Source: an uncultured Candidatus Berkelbacteria bacterium
Lineage (GTDB): Bacteria > Patescibacteriota > UBA1384 > UBA12157
Direction of reading: 5' to 3'
DNA: 64,000 nucleotides
Assembly: GCA_903877885.1 (NCBI GenBank)
Contig: CAIRFN010000013.1
Coordinates: forward strand, 2,754-66,753
Position numbers and translations under genes: made by a program
Notes under the pieces: generated by a model
The model's input: only the letters and a program-made list of their open reading frames with translations
Databases searched by the model: none
What the model was told of the DNA's origin: nothing
Shown here: one piece after another, positions 19,591-29,688 of the stretch
Position numbering within the stretch: position 1 is the stretch's first letter
How the letters are laid out: every line of letters starts with the position of its first letter

Positions 19591-20670
19591 ATGAATCAAG
19601 ATCGTTTGGAAAAAATTATTGAAAAATATCGTGAACTCGAGCAAAAATCGCTCGACCCGGCTTTGATGAGCAATCAAAATGAGTTTTTAAAACTGTTGAA
19701 AGAAAAAAATGAGATTGAGCCAGCCGCCAAAACGGCCGAACGATATTTGAATTTAACTAAAAATTTAGCCGAAGCCGAAGAAATTTCTCTTGATGAAACA
19801 GCGGACGAGGAAATGAAAGAAATGGCTTTGAGTGAGATGGAAACGATCAAAAATGAATTGGTTGAAGCCGAAAATGAATTAAAGGTGGCGCTTTTACCAA
19901 CCGATCCGAATGACAAGAAAAACGTTATCATTGAGATTCGGCCAGCCGCCGGCGGCGATGAGGCCGAGCTTTTTGCCCAAGAACTTTTTCGGATGTATTC
20001 AAGATACGCCGAAGCTATGGGCTGGCGCGTCGAAGTAATGGATTCGCAAACCAGCGCTCTTGGTGGCATCAAAAGCTTAACTTTTCGCATTATTGGTAAC
20101 GATGTTTACGGCAAAATGAAATATGAATCTGGCGTTCACCGTGTTCAACGGGTTCCAGAAACCGAAAAAGCCGGTCGCATTCACACTTCGACTGTGACCG
20201 TGGCAGTTTTAGCTGAAGCCGAAGAAGCCGACGTCGAAGTTAAAAATGAAGATTTGCGAATCGATACTTTTTGTTCCGGCGGCGCCGGCGGTCAGTCGGT
20301 TAATACGACTTATTCGGCCGTTCGAATTACTCATATTCCGACCGGATTGGTTGTCAGCTGCCAAGATGAACGTTCGCAACTTAAAAATCGCCTGAAAGCG
20401 ATGAGTATTTTACGTAGCCGACTCTTAGCCGCGCGTGAAGAAAAATTGGCTCAAGAGCGCGGCGATGTTCGTCGCGATCAAATCGGCACAGGAGACAGAT
20501 CGGAAAAAATTCGAACCTACAACTTTCCACAAGACAGGATTACCGACCATCGCATCAACCAATCTTGGCATAATATTTATAATATTTTGGAAGGCAATTT
20601 AAATCCGGTGATCTCTGCTTTAACTCAAGAAGATCAAGCTCGAAAATTAGCCACTGAAACAGAAGCATGA
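19591..20670 (+). CDS. prfA: peptide chain release factor 1
   Basis: GGQ motif ([12 protein letters not shown]), RF1-type PxT tripeptide (PET), followed by prmC. Confidence 0.93.
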   Translation: MNQDRLEKIIEKYRELEQKSLDPALMSNQNEFLKLLKEKNEIEPAAKTAERYLNLTKNLAEAEEISLDETADEEMKEMALSEMETIKNELVEAENELKVALLPTDPNDKKNVIIEIRPAAGGDEAELFAQELFRMYSRYAEAMGWRVEVMDSQTSALGGIKSLTFRIIGNDVYGKMKYESGVHRVQRVPETEKAGRIHTSTVTVAVLAEAEEADVEVKNEDLRIDTFCSGGAGGQSVNTTYSAVRITHIPTGLVVSCQDERSQLKNRLKAMSILRSRLLAAREEKLAQERGDVRRDQIGTGDRSEKIRTYNFPQDRITDHRINQSWHNIYNILEGNLNPVISALTQEDQARKLATETEA

Positions 20671-21551
20671 AGCAGGAATTAAAAATCAAGGATTTATATC
20701 GCGAGATAGTATCCGAACTAAAATCAAAGGAGATTAGTACTCCAGAACTCGATGCTCGAGTTATAATTTGCTATGCGCTGAAAATGACAGACGCGGATTT
20801 TTTTAAAACAGATAACGATCTAATTTCAAATTATCAGGCTGACAAGATTATAAAACTGGTTAGGGAGCGAGTAAAAAATATTCCCGTGGCCTATATTTTA
20901 GGTCAAAAAGAATTTTATGGCCTTAATTTTTATGTTAATAAAAATGTTTTAATCCCCCGCCCAGAGTCGGAATGGTTGGTTGAAGAAGCAGTAAAATATA
21001 TTAAAACCCAAAAAAGAAAAATCGCGATTTTGGATCTGGGAACCGGTAGCGGCAATATCATTATTTCGATTTACAAAAGTTTAATGATTGGCAATTGGCA
21101 ATTTGGCGTTAAGTTTCATGCTTCGGATATTAGTTCAAAAGCTTTATTTATAGCTAAAAAGAATGCGAAAAAATATAAGCTTGATAAAAAAATCAAATTA
21201 TTTCATTCCGATCTGTTTTCTAACTGGCGATTGCAGAAAAAATTTGATTTAATCGTGGCCAATTTGCCGTACGTACCGAAAAACAATGAACCGTTAACTG
21301 TTTACCGTTCACCGATCTCATTTGAGCCACAAAATGCCATTTTTGCATCAGATAACGGCGCGGAAATTATTAAAAAGTTCTTGGTTCAAGCCAAAAATTA
21401 TTTAAATAACAATGGTTTAATTTTAATCGAACTCGATCCGCGAAACGCGGCTGATCTTAAGGAATTTACTCAATCGAACTTCCCTAACACCAAAATCCAG
21501 CTCGAAAAAGATTTAGCTGGATTTGAACGCTACCTTATAATTAGAATCTAA
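20667..21551 (+). CDS. prmC: release factor glutamine N5-methyltransferase PrmC/HemK
   Basis: SAM-binding LDLGTGSG; substrate motif reads NLPY instead of the usual NPPY; 4-nt overlap with prfA. Confidence 0.85.
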   Translation: MKQELKIKDLYREIVSELKSKEISTPELDARVIICYALKMTDADFFKTDNDLISNYQADKIIKLVRERVKNIPVAYILGQKEFYGLNFYVNKNVLIPRPESEWLVEEAVKYIKTQKRKIAILDLGTGSGNIIISIYKSLMIGNWQFGVKFHASDISSKALFIAKKNAKKYKLDKKIKLFHSDLFSNWRLQKKFDLIVANLPYVPKNNEPLTVYRSPISFEPQNAIFASDNGAEIIKKFLVQAKNYLNNNGLILIELDPRNAADLKEFTQSNFPNTKIQLEKDLAGFERYLIIRI

Positions 21552-22343
21552 CACTGTACGGCGACCTCGGAGGTAGGCGAACGGTGTTAGACAAATATTT
21601 TAACCCGAATAGTTATCTATCATCATATTCTTTATAACAGAGATTTGTTTCTGATAAGATTTACGATCATTAACAAATTTTCGATATTGTTCAGAAGTAA
21701 AATCAAATAAGCCGTCGAATTGACATAAATTAGCACTATCAATTTTCAAATATTCCAGATAGGAAGAATGGAGCCAATCCTCTGGCTTCTGAACTAAACC
21801 AGCCGAAGAAGCATTAAGATGAAAATATCGTGTTAAATGCAATAACTGATTATCTGTTGAAACTTCCACATCTTTAAATTTACTCTCCCATAGAGGCCCG
21901 GACCGATGATGCTTGGAATTGAAATATCTTGTATAACTATTTAAAACTCTGGACATGAACTTAGAAATTCCTTGGTCGGCGACTTGTTTCAATATTAAAT
22001 GAATGTGAGTTGGCATAATTGTATATGCGATAATTTCAACTAGAACTTGGCTGTTTAATTGAACATTCTGGATTATTTTTTGTTGCAAAAAGGGATTTAG
22101 ATCAGAAAATTTAGAATAACAATAATTGAAATCTATGTATCGATAAAGCTTTAATAGTTCCTTTATTCTTGAAAAATCTTGCGGATCATTAAAAATAGTA
22201 TACTTTGCAATACTACGACTAAAAACATGATAATAATGTCCATTTGCTAATGGATATTTTCGTATATTCATTTATTTAATCATACCATAAGATAATAAAA
22301 TTAACACTGTACGCCTACCTCGGAGGTCGTCGTATAGTGTTAG
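21550..22343 (-). mobile_element. REPtron-like unit 2: RAYT gene flanked by REP hairpins aacactgtacg...tcggagg...cgaacggtgtta
   Basis: Imperfect palindromes at 21550-21589 and 22301-22343 with TCGGAGG loops flank the ORF. Confidence 0.6.
21600..22271 (-). CDS. REP-associated tyrosine transposase (IS200-like Y1), copy 2
   Basis: HIHLIL HUH motif; LTRYFHLN Tyr motif; N-term MNIRKYPLANGHYYHVFSRS like copy 3. Confidence 0.8.
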   Translation of the reverse strand: MNIRKYPLANGHYYHVFSRSIAKYTIFNDPQDFSRIKELLKLYRYIDFNYCYSKFSDLNPFLQQKIIQNVQLNSQVLVEIIAYTIMPTHIHLILKQVADQGISKFMSRVLNSYTRYFNSKHHRSGPLWESKFKDVEVSTDNQLLHLTRYFHLNASSAGLVQKPEDWLHSSYLEYLKIDSANLCQFDGLFDFTSEQYRKFVNDRKSYQKQISVIKNMMIDNYSG

Positions 22344-22365
22344 CATAAATATATATAATTAAATT

Positions 22366-22428
22366 ACCAAAATCCAGCTCGAAAAAGATTTAGCTGGGCT
22401 TGAACGATATTTGATAATTAAGAACTAG
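22366..22428 (+). repeat. divergent duplicate of the last 63 nt of prmC (orphan 3' gene end)
   Basis: First 32 nt identical to 21489-21520, remainder ~65% identical; still encodes ...LEKDLAGLERYLIIKN* in frame. Confidence 0.6.
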
Positions 22429-23345
22429 TTCAGAATTTGCTTTAAAGAAACATCATCAACGTAGACTGAACCAGCCGAATTAGGTGAGAAGAAATGAAAA
22501 TTTACCAACGTTGTAGTAGAAGAAGTTGTAAATGGGAAACTAACTAATGTATAAGTTGTACCTGCAACGTTAGTACTTGTTCGATCTAAAGAAGGTGGAA
22601 TATTAGTTCCCGAACCAATTGTATTGTCTGAAACTTGATAATAACCATTCTTACTACCATCTCCTCGTGTCCAAAAAGTTAAAAGATATTTTGTGCTCGG
22701 TGAAACAGTTATTCTTGGCGAAATATCAACATATGATTGACCAGATGTATAGGTTAATTTAGCGGCATTTACACCACTATGAACCGGCGATGTTATATTT
22801 TCGATCAATCCAGAGCCTTTTTGTTCCGACCAATTATTAGCCCAAACATCATCCCCACCTGCGCCTAAAGTTTCAAAGCTTGGATTTGGAATTAATTCTG
22901 GGCCATAAATTGGCACTTGAGCGATCAAGGATACTGTCCCATTAGAATCAAATACAAAACTTTGCGGATTACTGGTACCAATAGTGGTTGGTAGATCAGC
23001 CAAAACTTGGTAAGTCCCGTCAGTTTGAACCGAAATCACCAAAGCGCTACCTTGATTTTTGATATCAGAAGCAATTGATTGGATTTTAGTAATATCGTCA
23101 GAACCAGAGGGATTGGGCAAAGACTCGCATGAACCAGCACAGTTTAAAACTAATGGATTAATTCCGTTATCCAAGGCAATCTGAACCTCATTTCTTGCTT
23201 GGCCTAAATCGCTTTGGACTCGAGCATCTTTGGCTTTAGCCCGTGCGGAATTTAAGGCTACCAAAACCATAGCCGCTAAAATGCCAATAATAGCGATAAC
23301 GACTAATAGTTCGATTAAAGTGAAGGCTGAAAGTTTTTTATTCAT
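22425..23345 (-). CDS. type IV pilin-like protein with C-terminal carbohydrate-binding-like beta domain
   Basis: Prepilin N-terminus FTLIELLVVIAIIGILAAMVL; paralogous to 55752-56675 in the pilin domain. Confidence 0.6.
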   Translation of the reverse strand: MNKKLSAFTLIELLVVIAIIGILAAMVLVALNSARAKAKDARVQSDLGQARNEVQIALDNGINPLVLNCAGSCESLPNPSGSDDITKIQSIASDIKNQGSALVISVQTDGTYQVLADLPTTIGTSNPQSFVFDSNGTVSLIAQVPIYGPELIPNPSFETLGAGGDDVWANNWSEQKGSGLIENITSPVHSGVNAAKLTYTSGQSYVDISPRITVSPSTKYLLTFWTRGDGSKNGYYQVSDNTIGSGTNIPPSLDRTSTNVAGTTYTLVSFPFTTSSTTTLVNFHFFSPNSAGSVYVDDVSLKQILN

Positions 23346-23391
23346 CGGACTTCCTTGTTAACAGGCTAAAGCCTGAGCTACGAGTAAAGAA

Positions 23392-23907
23392 TTATTCGCT
23401 ACAACTTAAAGATTTAATCGTTGCGATATCCGGACCACCCCATATTCCATCTGATCCATTAGCGAAATGTCCATAATTTGTCACATCAGAAAAAATCGGG
23501 AAATAACCCACAGGTAGATATGTATCTGAAAATCTTAATGTTACGCGACGAGTAACATTAGTATGATCGTTGCAAGAAGGAACTCCACTAGCACACCAGT
23601 TATCCCAATCATAAACCATATTGGCACAAGGTGGAGTTGGTAATGTAGTTGAAATAGGTAAAGAACCTCGAAAATTTTGCGATCGTAATTCATGAGGCAT
23701 AACCCCCGGATTAGTGTCATCAGGCCAGACATCTTTTTCCGCCTGATAATTACTGGCCGCCGCCGCGATCGTTTGCATATCAACCAAGGCTTTACTGTAC
23801 CGCGCGCGATCTTTGGCTGAATTAAGAGCAACTAAAACCACACCAATCAAAATACCGATGATAGCGATAGCCACCAAGAGCTCAATAATAGTAAATGCTT
23901 TTTTCAT
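23392..23907 (-). CDS. prepilin-type N-terminal cleavage/methylation domain protein
   Basis: KKAFTIIELLVAIAIIGIL N-terminus. Confidence 0.6.
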   Translation of the reverse strand: MKKAFTIIELLVAIAIIGILIGVVLVALNSAKDRARYSKALVDMQTIAAAASNYQAEKDVWPDDTNPGVMPHELRSQNFRGSLPISTTLPTPPCANMVYDWDNWCASGVPSCNDHTNVTRRVTLRFSDTYLPVGYFPIFSDVTNYGHFANGSDGIWGGPDIATIKSLSCSE

Positions 23908-23925
23908 ATGCCCTCCTTATTTAAT

Positions 23926-25110
23926 TTACTCGGTTGAGCCAAGTTTCAATTTCACCGTATTTTCGACTGTGCCGCGAAGATATTTAATCGTGACTTCGTC
24001 GTTTGGTTGATATTCGGCAATTCTAGCCGCCAGAGGATGGGCTTCATCAATTCGTTCGCCGTTTATTTCTAACAAAATATCATTAGCTTTTAAGCCTGCT
24101 TGACCTGCAGAACTATCGGCCACTACCGCGGTTTGACCAGTTGGTGCCAAAACCACCGCACCATAATTAACCGTTAGTTTAAGTTGATTAACCACTTCAG
24201 GCGTAACCGTGACATAACGCACGCCTAATTGCGGTTTGATAATTTTACCGTTTTTCTTGTAGGAATCGATTGCCTGTTTAGCCTGATTAATCGGAATAGC
24301 AAAACCAATTCCTTGAGCATTACCAGCCACGGCCGTATCGATACCGATCACTTGACCAGCCAAGTTAACCAATGGACCACCGGAATTACCCGGGTTAATC
24401 GAAGCATCGGTTTGGAGTAAGTTATTCAATTGTTCCGAACTAGTCCCGTCGCCAGCGGTTAACTGACGTTCGCGAGCCGAAACCACACCGACTGTGACGG
24501 TATTTTGCAGTTCCCCGAGAGCATTTCCCACAGCAATCACCCATTGGCCAATCTGCAAAGCATCAGAATCACCCAATTGAACCACCGGTAAACCAGTCGC
24601 CTCGATTTTTAAAATCGCCAAATCGTTTGTCGGATCAAGCGCCGCCACTTTAGCCGGATAGGTTTTACCGTCGGAAGTCAAAACCGATAAGGTATCACCG
24701 GCTTGAGCCACATGTTTATTGGTTAAAATCAAACCATCATTAGTAATAATAAAACCAGTCCCGCCGCCTTGCTCTTGGCCGACTTGGCCCCAGAAATCCA
24801 TCACATTCTTACTAGTGGTAATGGAAACGACCGCTGGTGTCACACTTTTAGCCGAATCAATCACCTTGCTCGACTCTTCTAAAACAATTTTTTGGTTAGT
24901 CGTTTGACTAATATTTAAATTTTGCAGATTAATTCCCAATTTTTCTTTAAGATATTTATTGTTTGACAAAAGCACCAAAGACCCAGCGCCGCCGATAATT
25001 CCCATTAGCAAAGCCACCACAACCAAAATAATCCAAAATTCTTTCGCTTTGGCTGGTTTAGCAAAATGACCAGGGATTGGTTCTTCGTCAAGATAAGTAA
25101 TTTTTGGCAT
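23926..25110 (-). CDS. htrA: HtrA/DegP-family serine protease with PDZ domain
   Basis: TNKHV (His), D, GNSGGPLVN (Ser) catalytic triad context; C-terminal PDZ. Confidence 0.88.
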   Translation of the reverse strand: MPKITYLDEEPIPGHFAKPAKAKEFWIILVVVALLMGIIGGAGSLVLLSNNKYLKEKLGINLQNLNISQTTNQKIVLEESSKVIDSAKSVTPAVVSITTSKNVMDFWGQVGQEQGGGTGFIITNDGLILTNKHVAQAGDTLSVLTSDGKTYPAKVAALDPTNDLAILKIEATGLPVVQLGDSDALQIGQWVIAVGNALGELQNTVTVGVVSARERQLTAGDGTSSEQLNNLLQTDASINPGNSGGPLVNLAGQVIGIDTAVAGNAQGIGFAIPINQAKQAIDSYKKNGKIIKPQLGVRYVTVTPEVVNQLKLTVNYGAVVLAPTGQTAVVADSSAGQAGLKANDILLEINGERIDEAHPLAARIAEYQPNDEVTIKYLRGTVENTVKLKLGSTE

Positions 25111-25123
25111 ATTTTACTCCTTT

Positions 25124-25378
25124 TTACTCTGTTTGATCGTTAGCGGCATCTTGCGCCATTTTGCCAAGCAAGTAAGTTACTGTAACCGCTATCGTTGTCA
25201 CTATTATAGCATAAATAAACTGCGATTTGAGTCCCGAACCAGGTTCAATGAAACGTTGAATCAAATTTTGGATAAAACTATTCCAAGCTAAAGCTGCCAC
25301 CAACCCAAAACCAGCCGTCGCGAGTTGCGTCATGGTTTTTAAAAATTCTTCCTTCAATATTTTTTTCTTGTTAGCCAT
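25124..25378 (-). CDS. small hypothetical membrane protein
   Basis: 84 aa with two hydrophobic helices. Confidence 0.4.
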   Translation of the reverse strand: MANKKKILKEEFLKTMTQLATAGFGLVAALAWNSFIQNLIQRFIEPGSGLKSQFIYAIIVTTIAVTVTYLLGKMAQDAANDQTE

Positions 25379-25387
25379 AAATCCTCC

Positions 25388-26779
25388 TTAAATTTTTTCG
25401 TTGATTATTTTGTTAACCATCGCCGGGTTAGCCTGGCCTTTAGTTTCCTTCATAACTTGGCCAACCAAAAAGCCAATGGCAGAGGTTTTACCAGCTTTAA
25501 TACTAGAAACAATTTCTGAATTTTCGCTGATAATTTTATCAACAATTTTAGCAATTTCTTCTTCACTGCCGATCTGTTTTAGACCTTTTTCGGCAATGAT
25601 GTCGGTAGCGGATTTACCGGTTTCCAGCATTTGAGGTAAAACATCTTTGGCAATCTTACCGGAAATTTCATTCGAATCGATTAATTTTAATAATTCGGCC
25701 AAATCTTCTGGTTTGATTTTTACTAAGCCATCGATTTTTAGTTCGTTAATAATCCAGTTGGCGGCCAATTTGGGACTAACAATTTCGGCTGTTTTTTCAA
25801 AATAATTAGCCATTTCTTGATCAATGGCGATTACTTCGGCGTCCTGAAGAGATAAACCCATTTCAGATTGATACCGTTTTCTTTTTTCGGCTGGTAATTC
25901 TGGAATTTCAGCTTTTAATTTAGCTAAATCAAACATTTTTGTTGGTTCAAATGGCGGCAAATCCGGTTCGGGAAAATAGCGGTAGTCTTGAGCGAATTCC
26001 TTCGACCGTTGCGAGTAGGTGATGCCTTTGGCGTCGTCCCAACCGCGCGTTTCTTTGGCGATCTTGTCGCCAGCATCCAACACTTCGCGCTGTCTTTTTT
26101 CTTCATATAACAAAGCTTTTTCCACCATCTTAAACGAGTTCATATTCTTGATTTCGACTGGTACACCCAATTTTTCGTCAGCTGAAACGCTAATATTAGC
26201 ATCAGCCCGAAGGTGACCTTTTTCCATATCAGCACTCGAAACGCCTAAATAGCGCATAATTGAACGCAGTTCCTGCAAGAAAATTTTGGCCGAAAGAGGG
26301 GAGTCAATACAGGGTTCGGTCACGATTTCCATCAGCGGCGTGCCGGCGCGATTTAAATCGACTAAACTATCAGTACCGGCGTGGACCAGTTTGCCAGCAT
26401 CCTCTTCCAAGTGAATTCGAGTCAATTCGATAATTTTTTTATCCCCTGCTACCTCGATTTCAACCTGACCACCAATTAAAAATGGCAAATCGTATTGCGA
26501 AATCTGATAACCTTTTGGTAAATCTGGATAAAAATAGTGCTTGCGATCAAATTTAGAATGTTCAGCAATTTTTGAGTTTAAGGCTAAACCGGTTTTAAGC
26601 GTCCACCCAATCGCCTGTTTATTGGCAACCGGTAAAACTCCAGGTAAACCTAAACAAACCGGGCAAACCAAAGTATTCGGCTGGACACCTTCGGCATTAT
26701 TATCGCAACCGCAAAACATTTTTGACTTTGTCTTGAGCTGAACATGAATTTCTAAACCAATTGTTGTTTTATATGTCAT
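25388..26779 (-). CDS. gatB: Asp/Glu-tRNA amidotransferase subunit B
   Basis: N-term TIGLEIHVQL...FCGC; full-length GatB. Confidence 0.93.
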   Translation of the reverse strand: MTYKTTIGLEIHVQLKTKSKMFCGCDNNAEGVQPNTLVCPVCLGLPGVLPVANKQAIGWTLKTGLALNSKIAEHSKFDRKHYFYPDLPKGYQISQYDLPFLIGGQVEIEVAGDKKIIELTRIHLEEDAGKLVHAGTDSLVDLNRAGTPLMEIVTEPCIDSPLSAKIFLQELRSIMRYLGVSSADMEKGHLRADANISVSADEKLGVPVEIKNMNSFKMVEKALLYEEKRQREVLDAGDKIAKETRGWDDAKGITYSQRSKEFAQDYRYFPEPDLPPFEPTKMFDLAKLKAEIPELPAEKRKRYQSEMGLSLQDAEVIAIDQEMANYFEKTAEIVSPKLAANWIINELKIDGLVKIKPEDLAELLKLIDSNEISGKIAKDVLPQMLETGKSATDIIAEKGLKQIGSEEEIAKIVDKIISENSEIVSSIKAGKTSAIGFLVGQVMKETKGQANPAMVNKIINEKI

Positions 26780-27267
26780 ACTAATTCCTCGATTGCTTTT
26801 TTGAAATTTTCGATAGCCGCTTTGGCAACAAAATCAGTGATTTGATATTCAGTGTTGTGGGCAATTTCATTTCTGACTTTGTGGCCATTCCAAGCCGCGT
26901 TATAGGCGTCTTTAGAGAATCTATGTTCTGATGATTTTAAGCGATCACCCATAGTTAAACCTGGCGCGCGATAACCCTTAAGTAAATGATCCAATAATTT
27001 GTCGGCTTCCAAGACTGCTCTTTGATAATTCGAAGGTTGTCCTAATTGGATTAATTGTTCGATTTCTTGCCATTTACTCAAGACAAACTGACGATCAATA
27101 CTGATATTTTCCTGATGCTGATTTTGGCCTGGATTTCGTTTTTTTATAATCAATTTAAACGGCGTTGAAATTAGCCACCACAAACCCTTCAAGATAGTTT
27201 CGATCATCTGTTGCTCTGTCGATTGACGATGTTTATATTTTTTAACTTGATAAGACATTATTTTCAA
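26776..27267 (-). CDS. hypothetical protein, possible HEPN-like domain (R-x4-H motif RNEIAH near C-terminus)
   Basis: Sits between gatA and gatB; stop overlaps the gatB start (ATGA); start uncertain (TTG at 27267, or ATG at 27258 or 27207). Confidence 0.4.
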   Translation of the reverse strand: MKIMSYQVKKYKHRQSTEQQMIETILKGLWWLISTPFKLIIKKRNPGQNQHQENISIDRQFVLSKWQEIEQLIQLGQPSNYQRAVLEADKLLDHLLKGYRAPGLTMGDRLKSSEHRFSKDAYNAAWNGHKVRNEIAHNTEYQITDFVAKAAIENFKKAIEELV

Positions 27268-28669
27268 ACTCTTGGGCGATTTTTAAAATTTTACTATCTG
27301 ACAATTGTGGACCAATAAGATGTAAACCGACTGGTAGACCATCGATATTTCCGGCTGGCACGCTCATCGCTGGCAGTCCAGCCAGGTTAACGGAAATTGT
27401 ATAAATATCTGATAGATACATTTTGAGCGGATCATCGGATTTTTCGCCGATTTTGAAAGCCGTGGTTGGCATAACCGGGCCTAAAATCAAATCGACTTTA
27501 GAAAAAGCCTCTTCAAAATCTTGTTTAACCAAGGCTCGCACCTTTTGGGCTTGATTATAATATTGGTCAATATAGCCAGCGCTCGAGGTATAGGTACCTA
27601 AAATAATGCGGCGTTTGACTTCCGCGCCCAATCCTTCGGAGCGGGAATTAATATATTTTTCCAACAAATTATCGCCTTCGGCTGAAAAACCGTACTTAAT
27701 GCCATCGTAACGCCCCATATTAGAAGCAACTTCCACCGGAACGATAATATAGTAACAGCTCAAAGCATATTTGGCATTTGGTAGTTCAATGTCGATAATT
27801 TCGGCGCCCATGGCTTTGAATTTACCAATCGCCGCTTCAATTACTTTTTTGACTTCAGAATCTAGTCCTTCGGCAAAATATTCGCGCGGGATGCCAATCT
27901 TAAGATTTCTAGATTCCAGATCCTGCGCCCCGCCGGTCTGGAATGACAACGAAGTCGAGTCTTTTTCATCATAACCTTTGATAAGATCAAACAAAATTTC
28001 GGCATCTTCGGCGGTTTTAGTCATTGGCCCAATCTGATCAAGCGATGATGCCATGGCCATTAATCCGTAACGACTGACTGCGCCATAGGTTGGCTTAAAG
28101 CCAGTTATACCACAAAAACTAGCAGGCTGACGAATTGAACCACCGGTATCGGAACCAAGCGCCGCGATACACATGTTGGCGGCGACGGCGGCAGCCGAGC
28201 CGCCTGATGATCCACCAGGAACGCGATCTAAATCATGAGGATTGCGGGTAACGCCATAGGCCGAGTTTTCGGTTGAAGAACCCATAGCAAATTCGTCAAG
28301 ATTGGTTTTGCCGATAATGACCGCGCCAGCAGATTTAAGTTTCGATATTACAGTCGCATCATATGGCGCCACAAAATTTTCCAAAATTTTGCTACCAGCC
28401 GTTGTTTTCGTATCCAGCATACACATATTGTCTTTGATAGCGACTGGAATACCATCGATTTGGGATAACGGTTGATTATTTCGATATCGTTCGTCTGATT
28501 CCTTAGCCGATTTTATCGCTTCATCTTTTAGTACCAATAAAAAAGCATGGATATCTTTATCTTTATGCTCGATTTCATCTAAACAGGCTTGTGTTAACTC
28601 TTGCGATGTGATTTCGCCTGATTTCAACTTTTCGCTTGCTTCTTTGATTGTTAGTTCATTTAGTTTCAT
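27242..28669 (-). CDS. gatA: Asp/Glu-tRNA amidotransferase subunit A (amidase)
   Basis: Amidase signature GGSSGGSAAAVAA; conserved catalytic-Lys region. Confidence 0.93.
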   Translation of the reverse strand: MKLNELTIKEASEKLKSGEITSQELTQACLDEIEHKDKDIHAFLLVLKDEAIKSAKESDERYRNNQPLSQIDGIPVAIKDNMCMLDTKTTAGSKILENFVAPYDATVISKLKSAGAVIIGKTNLDEFAMGSSTENSAYGVTRNPHDLDRVPGGSSGGSAAAVAANMCIAALGSDTGGSIRQPASFCGITGFKPTYGAVSRYGLMAMASSLDQIGPMTKTAEDAEILFDLIKGYDEKDSTSLSFQTGGAQDLESRNLKIGIPREYFAEGLDSEVKKVIEAAIGKFKAMGAEIIDIELPNAKYALSCYYIIVPVEVASNMGRYDGIKYGFSAEGDNLLEKYINSRSEGLGAEVKRRIILGTYTSSAGYIDQYYNQAQKVRALVKQDFEEAFSKVDLILGPVMPTTAFKIGEKSDDPLKMYLSDIYTISVNLAGLPAMSVPAGNIDGLPVGLHLIGPQLSDSKILKIAQEFENNVLSS

Positions 28670-28956
28670 TCGAACACCTGCTTTACTTTGATATAACCTT
28701 TTTCTTGTGAGGGCGCATTGGTCAGTAGTTTTTCGCGATTATTTTCATTGGTAATTTTATCTTCTCGAACAATATTTTCCAGTCCGGAAATTTGCGAAAC
28801 TGATTTGATTTTAGTCAAGTCAAGTTCATTTAATTCATCAATATAATTTAAAATCTCGCCGAGTTCTTGAGTAAACTTTTCTTCTTCAATTTTAGTTAAA
28901 TTCAAACGGGCCAATTGAGCCACGTGTTCAACATCAGTTTTTGATATCTGTGCCAT
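28666..28956 (-). CDS. gatC: Asp/Glu-tRNA amidotransferase subunit C
   Basis: 96 aa; conserved N-term DVEHVAQLARL; overlaps gatA start. Confidence 0.85.
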   Translation of the reverse strand: MAQISKTDVEHVAQLARLNLTKIEEEKFTQELGEILNYIDELNELDLTKIKSVSQISGLENIVREDKITNENNREKLLTNAPSQEKGYIKVKQVFE

Positions 28957-29004
28957 ATGTTTCCTTTATATATATTCTACCCTGAAAAACAAAATTAGTA
29001 AATA

Positions 29005-29040
29005 TTAAAAAAGGCTAGGTCAATCCTAGCCGGAGTTTTT
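29005..29040 (-). terminator. terminator of 29053-29502 gene (ggctaggtcaatcctagcc hairpin + T-run)
   Basis: Perfect 7-bp stem, T-run on minus strand. Confidence 0.55.
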
Positions 29041-29052
29041 GATAGTTATTCT

Positions 29053-29502
29053 TTAATTATCTTTTTTGCCAAAAACCACGGTGGCAACCAATTCAATTCT
29101 GGATTCGATAACCATTTTCAGATGGCCATCTAAATGCTGAATTGGATTAGCGAAGATTAAGATACATTTGAGTTGGACTGTTTTATTATGACTGATATGG
29201 GTTTCAATCAGATTGGTATAGATTTTCCGAATTGCATCCAGCGCCTCATACAAATCCGCGATTCGATCAATATTCGCCGGCACACCGGAAGCAACCACTT
29301 CAATCCCCCAATTTTCGTCAGAAGCCGGAACAATCATCCGCGCTTCCTGAATGAAATAATCGGCTGGACCAATTGTGCTTGGATTAACATTTAAACAGTG
29401 GGCCACGACTCGACGTTGAAAAGCGTCCGCAGTCCTTGGACTGTTAAGCGCTGCCAGTAGTTCGGGCGGCAATGTCCGAGTTGCCGAAACATCAAGTTTC
29501 AT
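29053..29502 (-). CDS. hypothetical protein with atypical, GC-richer composition
   Basis: 149-aa ORF, Ala/Arg-rich, noticeably higher GC than neighbours; divergent from paralog B. Confidence 0.45.
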   Translation of the reverse strand: MKLDVSATRTLPPELLAALNSPRTADAFQRRVVAHCLNVNPSTIGPADYFIQEARMIVPASDENWGIEVVASGVPANIDRIADLYEALDAIRKIYTNLIETHISHNKTVQLKCILIFANPIQHLDGHLKMVIESRIELVATVVFGKKDN

Positions 29503-29608
29503 CTTTCCCCCTCCATCAATTCAAGGTACAGCCCATCGACTGATCGATAGACCAATTAGTTCAGACATTACCTGGATTATGTTCGATAGTCAAGGCCTTG
29601 ACAGAACC

Positions 29609-29688
29609 TTGATTTCGAGAGAGAGAGAGAGAGAGTAAATTTAAAGTGGAAGGGATCACCTTTCTAAAATTAAATAAGGAGGCAAATC
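29609..29688 (+). promoter_or_regulatory. promoter/leader of paralog B: TTGATT, (AG)9 repeat, TAAATT, conserved leader hairpin, AAGGAGG RBS
   Basis: Homologous to 13632-13700 but with 3 more AG units; an extra TTGACA lies at 29598. Confidence 0.5.
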
